Source: Bacteroidales bacterium
GTDB lineage: Bacteria > Bacteroidota > Bacteroidia > Bacteroidales > VadinHA17
Direction of reading: 5' to 3'
Assembly (NCBI GenBank): GCA_050014255.1
Contig: JBEKDR010000003.1
Span: 20,497 to 84,496, forward strand
DNA length: 64,000 nt
In this document: piece after piece, positions 38,582-49,065 of the stretch
Layout of the letters: each line of letters begins with the position of its first letter
How positions within the stretch are numbered: the first letter of the stretch is position 1
Program-made: the position numbers and the translations under genes
Notes under the pieces: model-generated
What the model saw: the letters and a program-made list of their open reading frames with translations, nothing else
Database searches by the model: none
Told to the model about the DNA's origin: nothing

Positions 38582-38979
38582 TAGAACTTCGCAAGAAAAA
38601 AGATTTTACGGCTGAAGTATTCACTTCTTCTATGAACGATATAATGTTCTTTCTTATGCTGTTCTTTATCATCATATCAACACTTCTCAATCCCAGCATG
38701 ATAAGAGTTTCATTGCCCAGTTCGCGGAGCAGCCAGACGATTCAGAAGAAGGAGATAAACCTGACGATGACCAAAGAGAAGCTTTATTTTGTGAACAATA
38801 CCCAGATTCCTTTTGAGGCGCTTGAATCGCAACTGAAAAAAGAACTGACGCATTCTCCCGACGCATTCGTTATGCTACGTTTTGATAATACGCTCCCAAT
38901 CCAGGATCTGGTAAATGTACTTTCTATAGGGAACAGGTTAAATTCAAAAATGATTATTGCAACGGCAAAGACAAAGTAG
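38578..38979 (+). CDS. exbD: ExbD/TolR family biopolymer transport protein (copy 2)
   Basis: 133 aa. MNDIMFFLMLFFIIIS TM segment. It overlaps the exbB stop by 4 nt. Confidence 0.85.
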   Translation: MIELRKKKDFTAEVFTSSMNDIMFFLMLFFIIISTLLNPSMIRVSLPSSRSSQTIQKKEINLTMTKEKLYFVNNTQIPFEALESQLKKELTHSPDAFVMLRFDNTLPIQDLVNVLSIGNRLNSKMIIATAKTK

Positions 38980-38995
38980 CCTCCGCTCTAATTAT

Positions 38996-40387
38996 ATGAA
39001 AAACATCCTCTTACGCTCCACTTATTATATTTCGAAAAGGGTATTATTACTAATTCTTTTATTTATGTTATCGCTTGCGGTATCTGCCTCTTCAGGGAAG
39101 GTTCCATCTGTTGGTCCTGTAAGGGTGGAATTCATAATTTTCGGATTGATTCTTATAGGTGTTGCTCTTCTTCATAAGCAAACCTTCTGGGTTGCGGTAA
39201 TAGGATTAACTGTTCTGCTGATCTTCAAGTTTGTTTTTGATCCCGGTTTTCATTTTATGGAACACGTTTTCGGTCAAAACGCTATTTATGACCAGCTTAT
39301 GCACAAAAATCTGAGGCAGGGGGAATGGGGTATTATTCTGAATCTCATGGGATTATTGCTTGGATTTGCGATCCTTGCAAAGATATTTGAAGAATCCGGT
39401 ATACCTGAAATATTGCCTAAATTCCTTCCCGATGACTGGAGAGGCCCGTTTGTGTTACTTGTATTTGTCTGCATAATTTCTTCTTTCCTCGATAATATTG
39501 CAGCCGCTCTGATTGGTGGAACAATCGCCATTGTAGTTTTTAAAAACAGAGTTCATATTGGGTATATAGCTGCAATTGTTGCAGCCAGTAATGCAGGTGG
39601 TAGTGGCAGTGTTGTCGGAGATACAACCACTACAATGATGTGGATTGATGGTGTAAGTCCATTGAATGTTCTTCATGGATTTGTAGCCGCATTGACTGCA
39701 CTTCTCTTTTTTGCCTGGTTTGCATCACACCAGCAGGATAAGTATCAGAGAATCCAAAAAGATGCCGATCCAAATGTTAAGGTTGACTGGATGAAACTTG
39801 TGATTGTTTTATTAATGCTTGTAGGAGCGATTATTTCCAATTTCCTTTATGATATGCCTGCACTGGGTGTTTGGGTTGCCATACTTATTGGAGCTGCTAT
39901 CAGACCTGTTCCCTGGAAAGAAGTGCCAGGTGCAATTAAGGGAATTGTTTTTCTTCTCTGCCTTGTTTCATGTGCATCGCTTATGCCTGTTGAAGATCTT
40001 CCAAATGCTTCCTGGGTGACAGCTCTGGCGCTTGGTTTTGTTTCAGCGGTTTTTGATAATATCCCATTGACAAAATTATGTCTTGAACAAGGTCATTATG
40101 ACTGGGGGATGCTCGCTTATACCGTTGGTTTTGGAGGATCGATGATATGGTTCGGGTCATCTGCGGGCGTTGCAATTACAAATAAATTCCCGGAAGCCCG
40201 CCATGTAGGTCGCTGGGTAAAATACGGCTGGCACGTTGCAGTTGCGTATATAATAGGGTTTTCTATTTTATATTTCACTTTGGGATGGGAACCTGCCGAT
40301 AACAGAGAGCATAAGATTGTTAATTGTCCTGTACCGGGTTGCCCCATGGCAAATAAACATGAAGTATCAAAGGGCTTAAACTATTGA
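38996..40387 (+). CDS. Ion-transporter-superfamily permease (NhaD/ArsB/CitMHS-like)
   Basis: Polytopic protein with the paired re-entrant-loop motifs [14 protein letters not shown] and [15 protein letters not shown] 38996 is preferred over 38957, which overlaps exbD. Confidence 0.6.
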   Translation: MKNILLRSTYYISKRVLLLILLFMLSLAVSASSGKVPSVGPVRVEFIIFGLILIGVALLHKQTFWVAVIGLTVLLIFKFVFDPGFHFMEHVFGQNAIYDQLMHKNLRQGEWGIILNLMGLLLGFAILAKIFEESGIPEILPKFLPDDWRGPFVLLVFVCIISSFLDNIAAALIGGTIAIVVFKNRVHIGYIAAIVAASNAGGSGSVVGDTTTTMMWIDGVSPLNVLHGFVAALTALLFFAWFASHQQDKYQRIQKDADPNVKVDWMKLVIVLLMLVGAIISNFLYDMPALGVWVAILIGAAIRPVPWKEVPGAIKGIVFLLCLVSCASLMPVEDLPNASWVTALALGFVSAVFDNIPLTKLCLEQGHYDWGMLAYTVGFGGSMIWFGSSAGVAITNKFPEARHVGRWVKYGWHVAVAYIIGFSILYFTLGWEPADNREHKIVNCPVPGCPMANKHEVSKGLNY

Positions 40388-40935
40388 GGCATAAGTGTTT
40401 TTTTCTTCTCCTGGTAAAGTTTCATGCTCTCCAGAATGATCTCATATGCTTTTTCCTTGTTCATGAATTGTTCGACGATGACATTCTTATGTTCGAGCAT
40501 TTTATAGTCTTCAAAAAACCTCTTCAACTCGACAAGTGTGTGAGGAGGAAGCTCTGAAAGTTCATTTATATAATTAACTGACATATCGTTCCCTGCAACT
40601 GCTATTATTTTGTCATCGCGCTCAATTCCGTCAACCATCTCCATTGCTCCAATCACTTTTGCCTCAACAATGCACATTGGATGTACATCAATTGAACAGA
40701 TAACAAGGATATCAAGCGGGTCATGATCGTCGCAGTATGTCTGAGGTATGAAACCATAATTTGCAGGATAATGAACTGATGAAAACAATACCCTGTCGAG
40801 TCGCAGTAGCCCTGTTTCCTTATCCATCTCATACTTGCCTTTTGATCCTTTCGGAATCTCAATTATGCTTTTTACAAAAACCGGCGCATCTTTTCCTGTT
40901 TCAATGCAATGCCATGGATGAGTGCATGGTTTCAT
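40381..40935 (-). CDS. ppa: Soluble family I inorganic pyrophosphatase
   Basis: 184 aa. [11 protein letters not shown] and [10 protein letters not shown] motifs. Confidence 0.9.
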   Translation of the reverse strand: MKPCTHPWHCIETGKDAPVFVKSIIEIPKGSKGKYEMDKETGLLRLDRVLFSSVHYPANYGFIPQTYCDDHDPLDILVICSIDVHPMCIVEAKVIGAMEMVDGIERDDKIIAVAGNDMSVNYINELSELPPHTLVELKRFFEDYKMLEHKNVIVEQFMNKEKAYEIILESMKLYQEKKKTLMPQ

Positions 40936-41020
40936 AATCTGAATTATTTAATGATCACTCAAAGTTAAGAATAAACTGTATGCCTTGAATTAATTTTTTA
41001 TTTTTGAGAAAACATTATCA

Positions 41021-41965
41021 ATGAGAATACCCGGGTTTGCCGATATTCAGGCTGCACATTCAAGGATTAAGTCATTTGTTCATCATACTCCGGTTCTGAA
41101 GTCCCGGCAATTAAATGAACTTTTCAGCTGTGAGCTATTTTTCAAATGTGAAAACTTTCAAAGGGTTGGCGCATTTAAGTTCAGAGGCGCTACCAACGCT
41201 GTGCTCTCATTGACTTCCGGGGAGAGAAGCAAAGGTGTTGTTACTCATTCATCAGGCAATCATGCTGCAGCGCTTGCCCTGGCTGCAAGAATGAACGGAG
41301 TGAAAGCGTATATAGTGATGCCCGATAATGCACCTGTTGTTAAGAAAAATGCAGTTGCCGGCTATGGAGCTGAGATAACTTTCTGTAAACCCACGTTAAA
41401 GGACAGAGAAAAGAGTGCAAGGGTAATAATGGAAAAAACCGGTGCCACACTTATTCACCCATATGATAATTTTACTATTATATGCGGACAGGGGACTGCT
41501 GCACTGGAACTTCTTCAGGAAAAAGGTGACCTTGATATAGTTGTTGCTCCGGTAGGAGGTGGCGGACTACTGAGCGGCACTTCAACATGTGTAAAAGGGA
41601 TTAATAAAAACATTCAGGTTATTGGTGCAGAACCGCTGAACGCAAATGATGCTTTCATTTCATTCACTTCGGGTATTCTTACTCCTTCCGTCAATCCAGT
41701 GACATGTGCAGACGGACTTCTGACATCTCTTAGTGAGCTTACTTTTTCAATCATCAGGAAGAATGTGGACAAAATTCTTACGGTAAAAGAAGACTCAATA
41801 ATTGAATGCATGCTTCTCGTCTGGGAAAGGATGAAAATAGTCATTGAACCGTCATCAGCAACGGTTCTGGCTGTAATAAAAGAGAATCCGGGTTTATTTA
41901 ATGGTAAAAGGATAGGCTTGATTATCTCAGGCGGAAACGTGGATTTCAGGAAGCTCCCGTTTTAG
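41021..41965 (+). CDS. PLP-dependent serine/threonine dehydratase family enzyme (fold type II)
   Basis: FKCENFQRVGAFKFRGA (PLP Lys), SSGNHAAALA and PVGGGGLLSG. Confidence 0.8.
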   Translation: MRIPGFADIQAAHSRIKSFVHHTPVLKSRQLNELFSCELFFKCENFQRVGAFKFRGATNAVLSLTSGERSKGVVTHSSGNHAAALALAARMNGVKAYIVMPDNAPVVKKNAVAGYGAEITFCKPTLKDREKSARVIMEKTGATLIHPYDNFTIICGQGTAALELLQEKGDLDIVVAPVGGGGLLSGTSTCVKGINKNIQVIGAEPLNANDAFISFTSGILTPSVNPVTCADGLLTSLSELTFSIIRKNVDKILTVKEDSIIECMLLVWERMKIVIEPSSATVLAVIKENPGLFNGKRIGLIISGGNVDFRKLPF

Positions 41966-43044
41966 TTTTTCTTCTTGAAATATGCAATGATTGGATAATG
42001 ATCGGAATAATTTACTCTAATTATCTCGAAATAGCTATTGATAAGAGAGTCATTATACAAGATGTAGTCTATCCTGTTCCGGGGATAATTCCCTATATAC
42101 GTGAATCCTGCACCATAACCTGAATTGACAAAGGAATCATTAAGTCCTTTACGGATCTTTGTATAAGCATAAGATACCGGTGTGTCATTAAAGTCCCCGA
42201 GCACGATTACCGGGTATGGCGACCTGTTAATATTCTCTTTTACCACCTGTGCCTGTAGAGCCCTCTTAACAAATCCTTTCTTCAGACTGACTGACAAACT
42301 TTTCACCTCTTTCACAGTCTCTTTATCATCAGAGGCTGTCAGCTCCTCAATGAACGAACGTTCCATTCTGTGAAGCCTGAAAGACTGAAGATGGTTATTA
42401 TAAATCCTGAAAGTATCATTCTGTATCAGAACATCAGTATATATTGAAAGGCTCGATGAACCGGGATGAGGTATTTCACCTTTCCTTATAATTGGAAATT
42501 TGCTGAAAGTGACAATTCCGTAGAACCTGTTTTTGCCGCTACTTATAAGTTTCATGTGAGAATAATATTTTCCACCCAGAGCACCTATCATTAACACCTC
42601 TTCCACTGCAGGATAACCTGATACGAAAAACTCCTGAAGACAAATAATATCAGGGTTTTTAGCTTTTATAAAATCTATCACTTTCTTTTCGGAAGTGATT
42701 CCACGATTATTTTCAAAATAATTAAAAAGGCGCACATTGTAGCTTAATACCTTAAATGTGTTGGTTTTATCTCCTGATGGCCTGACAAGTTTGATATAAT
42801 TTGAGAAATGATGAAATCCGAGTGCAATTATAACGACTGATATCAGAGCCTCGAATCTTAATAACATTGCCCAGATAATTACAAGTATAATATTGATCAG
42901 CAGGAGGTAGGGATAGGCAAGGCCAAAAAAAGCAGGAAGTGCAAAATCTACCGGACTGATGCTTACTGCCAAATATGATAAAAGAAGTGAAAAAGCAAAG
43001 ATTGCGTTTACAACAAAAAGAATTTTATAAAGGATCTTTCTCAA
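41962..43044 (-). CDS. Membrane-anchored endonuclease/exonuclease/phosphatase (EEP) family protein
   Basis: Three N-terminal TM helices. EEP motifs SYNVRLF, ICLQEF, LGDFNDTP and YSDHYPI. Confidence 0.8.
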   Translation of the reverse strand: MRKILYKILFVVNAIFAFSLLLSYLAVSISPVDFALPAFFGLAYPYLLLINIILVIIWAMLLRFEALISVVIIALGFHHFSNYIKLVRPSGDKTNTFKVLSYNVRLFNYFENNRGITSEKKVIDFIKAKNPDIICLQEFFVSGYPAVEEVLMIGALGGKYYSHMKLISSGKNRFYGIVTFSKFPIIRKGEIPHPGSSSLSIYTDVLIQNDTFRIYNNHLQSFRLHRMERSFIEELTASDDKETVKEVKSLSVSLKKGFVKRALQAQVVKENINRSPYPVIVLGDFNDTPVSYAYTKIRKGLNDSFVNSGYGAGFTYIGNYPRNRIDYILYNDSLINSYFEIIRVNYSDHYPIIAYFKKKN

Positions 43045-43156
43045 TTACAATAATTTGTGAATATAAATTTACAGATATTCGATTGAAATGCTGTTGCAGA
43101 ATTCTGTTTTTTGACAAGGGCGTGCAAATGTTATACAAATGGATAAAATTCTAAGA

Positions 43157-44047
43157 TTAATTTTTCTTCTGGCTCTCATTAAAAAGAGTTTCCTTTTCCT
43201 CCTTAGTCAGGCTTTCATATCCACCTTTGGATATCTTATCCAATATATGGTTGATTTGCTTCTGGTGCTCTGTTTTAATTTTGTTATATTCATATTCATT
43301 AGCAACCTTTTTATGAGTGACTTTGAGTTTCTTCCTTGGTTTAAATGCTGTTACAAAAAAATCTATTATTCTGTTGAATCCTTTACCGATATCTCGTCCA
43401 TGTCTCAGGTTTATGATATATAAATATCCAAAAAAAGCTCCTCCTATATGGGCAAGTTTTCCTCCTGAGTTTACAGAAAAGTCCATTATTGAGGTAAGGA
43501 TAAAAATTGCCAGAGCCATGTACTTTATTTTAATTCTTCCAAATAAAAAGAGCTGAACAGCATAATCAGGTACATATGTGGCAATTGCAATGACAATAGC
43601 CATAACAGAGGCTGAAGCTCCTATTGCAACAGAATCAGCTACAATACCTTTAAAAGCGGGGAATATATTAAAAGAGAGTATGTAAACCAAAGCTCCGCTG
43701 ATTCCCCCAAGCAGATATACCGCAACAAGTTTCCTCTGGTCGAGATATTCCAGGAAGATCCTGCCAAACCAGTATAGCCATAACATATTGAAAAGGATAT
43801 GCCAGATATCTTTATGAGTGAACATGTAAGTAATTAATGTCCATGGTCTTATCAGTAAAGCATTAAAAGAAGCAGGGACAGAAAAGAGATCGAGAACTTT
43901 CCCGGAGATTTCCTGGTTATTGACTAAAAACCCAATAACGGCAACTATAGTTATCAGAACAAATACTGCAATATTTATATATATTAGCCTGGTAAGGTTA
44001 CTTCCATTTCTGAAAACTAATTTTATTTCGTCCCAGATTCCCATCAA
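43157..44047 (-). CDS. Rhomboid family intramembrane serine protease
   Basis: HILFNMLWLYWFG, GASASVMA (Ser) and AHIGGAFFGY (His). Confidence 0.85.
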   Translation of the reverse strand: MMGIWDEIKLVFRNGSNLTRLIYINIAVFVLITIVAVIGFLVNNQEISGKVLDLFSVPASFNALLIRPWTLITYMFTHKDIWHILFNMLWLYWFGRIFLEYLDQRKLVAVYLLGGISGALVYILSFNIFPAFKGIVADSVAIGASASVMAIVIAIATYVPDYAVQLFLFGRIKIKYMALAIFILTSIMDFSVNSGGKLAHIGGAFFGYLYIINLRHGRDIGKGFNRIIDFFVTAFKPRKKLKVTHKKVANEYEYNKIKTEHQKQINHILDKISKGGYESLTKEEKETLFNESQKKN

Positions 44048-44787
44048 TATAAAGTATTTGTGGTTTTTCTCCAGTACCTGATCAGGAGGTAGCCGAATAA
44101 CATTCCTCCCAGGTGAGCAGCATGCGCAATATTGCTTCCCGGCTGTGTTACTGCAAGAACTAATTCAAGGGCACCATATCCCAGAACCAGGTACTTGGCT
44201 TTTATTGGCATTGGAGGAATGAGGAGCAATAACTGAGTATTAGGGAAGAGAACTCCGAATGCCAGCAGGACACCAAATATTGCACCGGAAGCGCCAACAG
44301 TAGGTGTATTAAGCAATATTTGAAGGCTTTGCATATCAGGGTCGGTGAATACTTTTCCCTGGTGAAAATATGCCGTTCCTTCATTTAATACGAGCTGGAT
44401 ATTTTCAGGGGACAGAGTCTGAATCAGGTGATGGTACTGCAAAAAGATCACAGATTCATGAGTAAACGCTGCTCCAATTCCGCAAACCATATAAAAAATG
44501 AAAAATCGTTTTGGGCCCCATACATTTTCCAAAATCGGCCCGAATATAAACAGGGCGTACATATTGAAGAAAATATGCATGAAACCACCATGCATAAACA
44601 TGTGGGTTACAATCTGCAATGGCTTGAACTGTGGTGATTTTGGGAAATATAGTCCGAGCAGACCGTTGAGATCAACACCAAAAACGCTCCCCGCTGCATA
44701 GTATGCTAAAAGCATTAATACATTGATCATTATGATATTCTTCACCACCGGGGGTAATCCCAGAATGCCTCTGCCGTATCCGTTCAT
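44044..44787 (-). CDS. Rhomboid family intramembrane serine protease
   Basis: HIFFNMYALFIFG, GASGAIFG and AHLGGMLFGY. 4-nt overlap with the downstream rhomboid. Confidence 0.88.
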   Translation of the reverse strand: MNGYGRGILGLPPVVKNIIMINVLMLLAYYAAGSVFGVDLNGLLGLYFPKSPQFKPLQIVTHMFMHGGFMHIFFNMYALFIFGPILENVWGPKRFFIFYMVCGIGAAFTHESVIFLQYHHLIQTLSPENIQLVLNEGTAYFHQGKVFTDPDMQSLQILLNTPTVGASGAIFGVLLAFGVLFPNTQLLLLIPPMPIKAKYLVLGYGALELVLAVTQPGSNIAHAAHLGGMLFGYLLIRYWRKTTNTLY

Positions 44788-44865
44788 TTATCTGTTATTA
44801 TAAGATATTTAGTCTTCAATTGTCGGGCCAAAACTTCATTCCCCATTTTGATCCGACATATTGTC

Positions 44866-44936
44866 ATTGATTTTCTTCGTTCACCCCGGCCCCAAGGGGA
44901 GCGAAGAAAATCAATTTACTCTCCGCCAGCTGGCGG
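44866..44936. repeat. Hairpin element (14-bp perfect arms) followed by the palindrome CCGCCAGCTGGCGG, between mutL and the rhomboid genes
   Basis: ATTGATTTTCTTCG (44866-44879) pairs with CGAAGAAAATCAAT (44902-44915). The 14-mer palindrome is at 44923-44936. Confidence 0.85.
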
Positions 44937-44996
44937 AATGGGGTAAATAAATTGATTTTCAAGCGTTGATGCAAACATTTAATATCATAAACCGTT

Positions 44997-46808
44997 TTAT
45001 TTAAATCTTTTATCAATTTCTTCAAGGGTAATAATACTTATTACAGGCTTTCCTTTGGGAGAATAATTTGGCGCCTGGCATGCAAAAAGTGTGTCAAAAA
45101 GATCTTCCATTTCGCCCTGACTCAGCACTTTCCCATATTGGATGGCAGAGGCACAAGCCATACCGGCTGCTATTTTTTCTTTTGCACTGGCAGAAGGTTC
45201 GGCCTGTGAATTTTTAAAATCCTGAAGCAAAATCTCCAGCATCTCAATAGGATTGGAAGAATCATTGTCTGCTGGTCTGCCGTCGATTGTGATTTTATTT
45301 TTACCTGAATACCGGATACTGAATCCCAGTAATTTCAGATCTCCTTCGATTTCTTTCAGAATAAAATAATCGGCAGGATTTAACTCTGCTGTAACAGGGA
45401 ACATATCAACCTGGCTTATAGCCCGGTTATTGCTGAGACAATCTAGAAATCTTTCGTAGAGGACCCTTTCATGGGCCCTCTTCTGGTCAATAAGCATGAA
45501 CCCTGATTTAACAGGGCAGACAAAATATTTATTTTTTACCTGGAAGAACTTCCTTTGCGATTCCTTTATCTTTTCGAATTGTTCAGGATTGTCATTTTCT
45601 TTTTCAAGAGCTGTGTAAAGTTTTTCCCAGTTTGCAGTGTTCTCTCTCTCAAACCGTTCAACAAATCCCGACCTTTCATTAGTTCTCTCTTCTCCGTCAA
45701 AAGGATTAAATTGTTTGTTGATCTCGATCTTTGGTTGTTCGGGGATATTGCCAGTTGATCTCATTACCGGGATATCTATGAGGACTTCATTTTCAAAATC
45801 GAGCGAAGGAACTATATTGAATCTGCCGAGAGCTTCCCGCACAGATGCCATAAGTATCTGCCAGATTGATCTTTCGTCCTCAAATTTTATCTCAGTTTTA
45901 GTAGGATGAATATTTATATCTATAGATGCAGGATCAGCCTCCATATATATGAAGTATGAAGGGATTGCTTCAACTGGAAGGATATTCTGATAAGCCTCGA
46001 CAACTGCTTTATGGAAGTAAGGATGTTTCATAAAGCGGTTATTCACAAAAAAGAATTGTTCACCATATGTCCGTCTTGCATTTTCCGGTTTCCCAATAAA
46101 TCCTTTTATGGCTATCAGGCTCGTTTCCGTCTCAAGAGTTATCAGGTCCTGGTTTATTTGTTTTCCGAAAACGCCGATTATACGTTGTCTTAAATTGGCA
46201 GAAATAAGGTTATATATCTCACTGTCGTTGTGATGAAGAGAGAATCTTATATCGGGGTGAGCTAATACGATCTTCTGGAATTCATTGACAATGTGTCTGA
46301 TTTCAGTGTTATCTGATTTAAGGAATTTCCGGCGAGCCGGTATATTGAAAAACAGATTTTTAACTGAAAAGCTTGAACCGGCAGGACAACTACAGGGTTC
46401 CTGAGTTTCAACCTTTGAACCGTTTACTACTACCAATATACCGGTATCACTATCTTCACGGCGAGTTTTAAGCTCAACCATTGCTACTGCGGCTATGGAA
46501 GCAAGCGCCTCTCCCCTGAATCCTTTTGTTGTAATGGCGAAAAGATCCTGTGCTGTAGTGATCTTTGATGTGGCGTGTCTTTCAAAAGACAGCCTCGCAT
46601 CTGTCTCAGACATTCCCGAACCATCGTCAATTACCTGAATTAATGTTTTACCGGAGTCTTTTATTATTACCCTGATATTTCTTCCTCCTGCATCTACTGA
46701 GTTTTCAATAAGCTCCTTTACAACAGAAGCAGGTCTTTGTATTACTTCACCTGCAGCTATCTGGTTGGCTACCGAATCGGGCAAAAGCTTAATAACATCA
46801 GGCATCAA
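44997..46808 (-). CDS. mutL: DNA mismatch repair protein MutL
   Basis: LPDSVANQIAAGEVIQRPASVVKELIENSVDAG and FRGEALASI motifs. 603 aa. Confidence 0.95.
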   Translation of the reverse strand: MMPDVIKLLPDSVANQIAAGEVIQRPASVVKELIENSVDAGGRNIRVIIKDSGKTLIQVIDDGSGMSETDARLSFERHATSKITTAQDLFAITTKGFRGEALASIAAVAMVELKTRREDSDTGILVVVNGSKVETQEPCSCPAGSSFSVKNLFFNIPARRKFLKSDNTEIRHIVNEFQKIVLAHPDIRFSLHHNDSEIYNLISANLRQRIIGVFGKQINQDLITLETETSLIAIKGFIGKPENARRTYGEQFFFVNNRFMKHPYFHKAVVEAYQNILPVEAIPSYFIYMEADPASIDINIHPTKTEIKFEDERSIWQILMASVREALGRFNIVPSLDFENEVLIDIPVMRSTGNIPEQPKIEINKQFNPFDGEERTNERSGFVERFERENTANWEKLYTALEKENDNPEQFEKIKESQRKFFQVKNKYFVCPVKSGFMLIDQKRAHERVLYERFLDCLSNNRAISQVDMFPVTAELNPADYFILKEIEGDLKLLGFSIRYSGKNKITIDGRPADNDSSNPIEMLEILLQDFKNSQAEPSASAKEKIAAGMACASAIQYGKVLSQGEMEDLFDTLFACQAPNYSPKGKPVISIITLEEIDKRFK

Positions 46809-47009
46809 TTAAAATATTATTGTCGATATTGCTAACATCCGATTGAGATACAAGTTTATAAAATGAGCTGTATCTTCACTGTTTAATCAATTTTACAAAT
46901 ATATAAATAATTGGTACATTAACTTTCAGAATGAACTCAATGAAGCTAAACGACAACAATAATTGAAAATAGAATTTAGATGATTATCTTTGATAAAAAT
47001 TACGGGGAA

Positions 47010-47876
47010 ATGAAAAATCTTTATTTCTGTTTATTTGTCATTTTTTTATTTGTTATCTCTGGTTGTTCCCATAAGTCGGGACATCATGATATAAAAGTAA
47101 TGACATTGAATGTAAGATATAATAATCCGGATGATAGTATCTATTCGTGGCCAAAAAGAGCATCACAGGTGTGTGATTTTATATTAAGCGAAAAACCCGA
47201 TATTCTTGGATTGCAGGAAGTATTGTGGAATCAGTACCAGGTGCTTGAATCAATTTTTATGGATTATACTTCGGTTGGAGCAGGGTGCAGCGACGGAGCC
47301 AGGGAAGGGGAGATGAACCCGGTTTTTTTCAGGAAAGAAAAGTTTGATATGGTCAGGAACATCACTTTCTGGCTCTCAGATTCACCTGAGGTTGCAGGTT
47401 CGAGGGGATGGGGTTCTTCTCTTCCCCGGATTGTTACATGGATGGAGCTTGTTGATAAGAATAGCCATAAGCATTTTTTCTTTTTTAATACACATTTTGC
47501 GGAGGATTCTGATTCCGCCAGGTTAATGAGTTCAAAAATACTGCTTAAAGAAATTAATAATATATCTGATGGATTCCCATTTATAATTTCCGGTGATTTT
47601 AATATGGCCCCGACCAGTGCAGGTTATTCAATCTTAACGGGACCGTATGAAAGTGTACCTCTTTTAAAAGATTCTTACATTATAACCGAAAAGAGACCCA
47701 CAGGTCCGGTTTATACTTTCAATGGGTTTTCCGATAAAACCAAAACTGCCAGAATAGATTATATTTTTGTAAAAAACGGAATGAAAGTATTGGATTACAA
47801 AACTGTAATTAAAAAGGAAAAGGGTATCTTCATTTCAGACCACTGGCCGGTGGAAGCAGTTGTATCTGTTGAATAG
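47010..47876 (+). CDS. Lipoprotein of the endonuclease/exonuclease/phosphatase (EEP) family
   Basis: Lipobox FLFVISGC from ATG 47010. Motifs MTLNVRY, LGLQEV, SGDFNMAP and ISDHWPV. Confidence 0.8.
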   Translation: MKNLYFCLFVIFLFVISGCSHKSGHHDIKVMTLNVRYNNPDDSIYSWPKRASQVCDFILSEKPDILGLQEVLWNQYQVLESIFMDYTSVGAGCSDGAREGEMNPVFFRKEKFDMVRNITFWLSDSPEVAGSRGWGSSLPRIVTWMELVDKNSHKHFFFFNTHFAEDSDSARLMSSKILLKEINNISDGFPFIISGDFNMAPTSAGYSILTGPYESVPLLKDSYIITEKRPTGPVYTFNGFSDKTKTARIDYIFVKNGMKVLDYKTVIKKEKGIFISDHWPVEAVVSVE

Positions 47877-47877
47877 C

Positions 47878-48996
47878 TTATGCCGTTTTTCTGTATCTGC
47901 GCACAGCCAGGGTTGTAAAACCAATTGCAATTACAATCAGGGAAAATAGTTCCCTGCTAATATCATTAATCGTCGATCCCTTTAGCATAACCATCCTGTT
48001 TATTCTCATAAGATAAGCAACCGGGTTGACGAGATTGAAGTCCTGGGCCCACATTGGCATACTCTCATAAGGTGTGAAGATACCGCTCATCAGGATAAAT
48101 ATAATCATACAAAAAAATGCCACAAACATGTATTGCTGTTGTGTCCCTGAGAAGGTCGAAATAAAAAGCGCCATCCCAAGAACTGCGATAAGAAATATTG
48201 TACTTCCCAGGAACATTAAGAGGATGCTTCCTTCAAATGGTATATTAAATGCAATTTTGCCTATAACCAGACCAAGGGCAAGATCTGTCAACCCGATTAA
48301 CAGAAAGGGTACCATTTTTGCAATTATAAAATGATATTTTCTGACAGGTGTAACGTTAATCTGTTCGATAGTCCCAATCTCTTTTTCCCTTACCATGTTT
48401 AAGCCGGCAAGCAGGAACCCGATTGCAGTAACGAGGATGACAAGTATCCCGGGAAGCATATAATATTTGTAATTTAATAATTCGTTGTACCAGTACCTGT
48501 TTGTAATTTCTATCCGTGGTGAGAAAATCAGCGGACTTGTTGTTATGTTCTGTTTAATGAGATCTGTATTGTAATCGCCAATGACACCATTAAGATAAGC
48601 CCACGAGATCTCGGCAGATGAGGCATTCACAGCATCAATAGTAGCTAGGAGTTTCCCTTGCTTTCCGTTTCCGATATCTTTTCCGAACCCCGATGGTATC
48701 TGAAGAATAACACTGCATTTATTCCGGTGAAGAAGATCATTTGCCTGATCTTCTGAAAAGGGCGAAAAGGAAAGTCTGAAGAAGGTGGAACCACTTAGCT
48801 TGTTTATCAGACCTCTTGATTCAGGTGTCATATCTTTGTCAATTATAGCGATCCTGATATTCTTTAATTCGAATGTTACTGCCGGGACAAGTATAAGCAT
48901 CTGTACAATCGGAACAGCAAAAATTGCTTTTGAAATAAATTTATTCCGGAAAATCTGGATAAATTCTTTTCTTATCAGGTATAATATTGTTCTCAT
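47878..48996 (-). CDS. ABC-2 type transporter permease
   Basis: 372 aa. N-terminal TM, large extracytoplasmic loop and a C-terminal 5-TM bundle. Last gene of the efflux operon. Confidence 0.8.
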   Translation of the reverse strand: MRTILYLIRKEFIQIFRNKFISKAIFAVPIVQMLILVPAVTFELKNIRIAIIDKDMTPESRGLINKLSGSTFFRLSFSPFSEDQANDLLHRNKCSVILQIPSGFGKDIGNGKQGKLLATIDAVNASSAEISWAYLNGVIGDYNTDLIKQNITTSPLIFSPRIEITNRYWYNELLNYKYYMLPGILVILVTAIGFLLAGLNMVREKEIGTIEQINVTPVRKYHFIIAKMVPFLLIGLTDLALGLVIGKIAFNIPFEGSILLMFLGSTIFLIAVLGMALFISTFSGTQQQYMFVAFFCMIIFILMSGIFTPYESMPMWAQDFNLVNPVAYLMRINRMVMLKGSTINDISRELFSLIVIAIGFTTLAVRRYRKTA

Positions 48997-49065
48997 TATT
49001 TTCTTTGGTCTTTTCCTTTGTCTTCTATCTTTTATTTAAGGGTTTGCGGCATGCGGTGTGCGGTA

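Noticed and set aside
40381-40387. The 7-bp overlap of the convergent transporter and ppa stop codons as a regulatory feature
   Set aside because: Short convergent overlaps are common in compact genomes, and no associated structure was seen.
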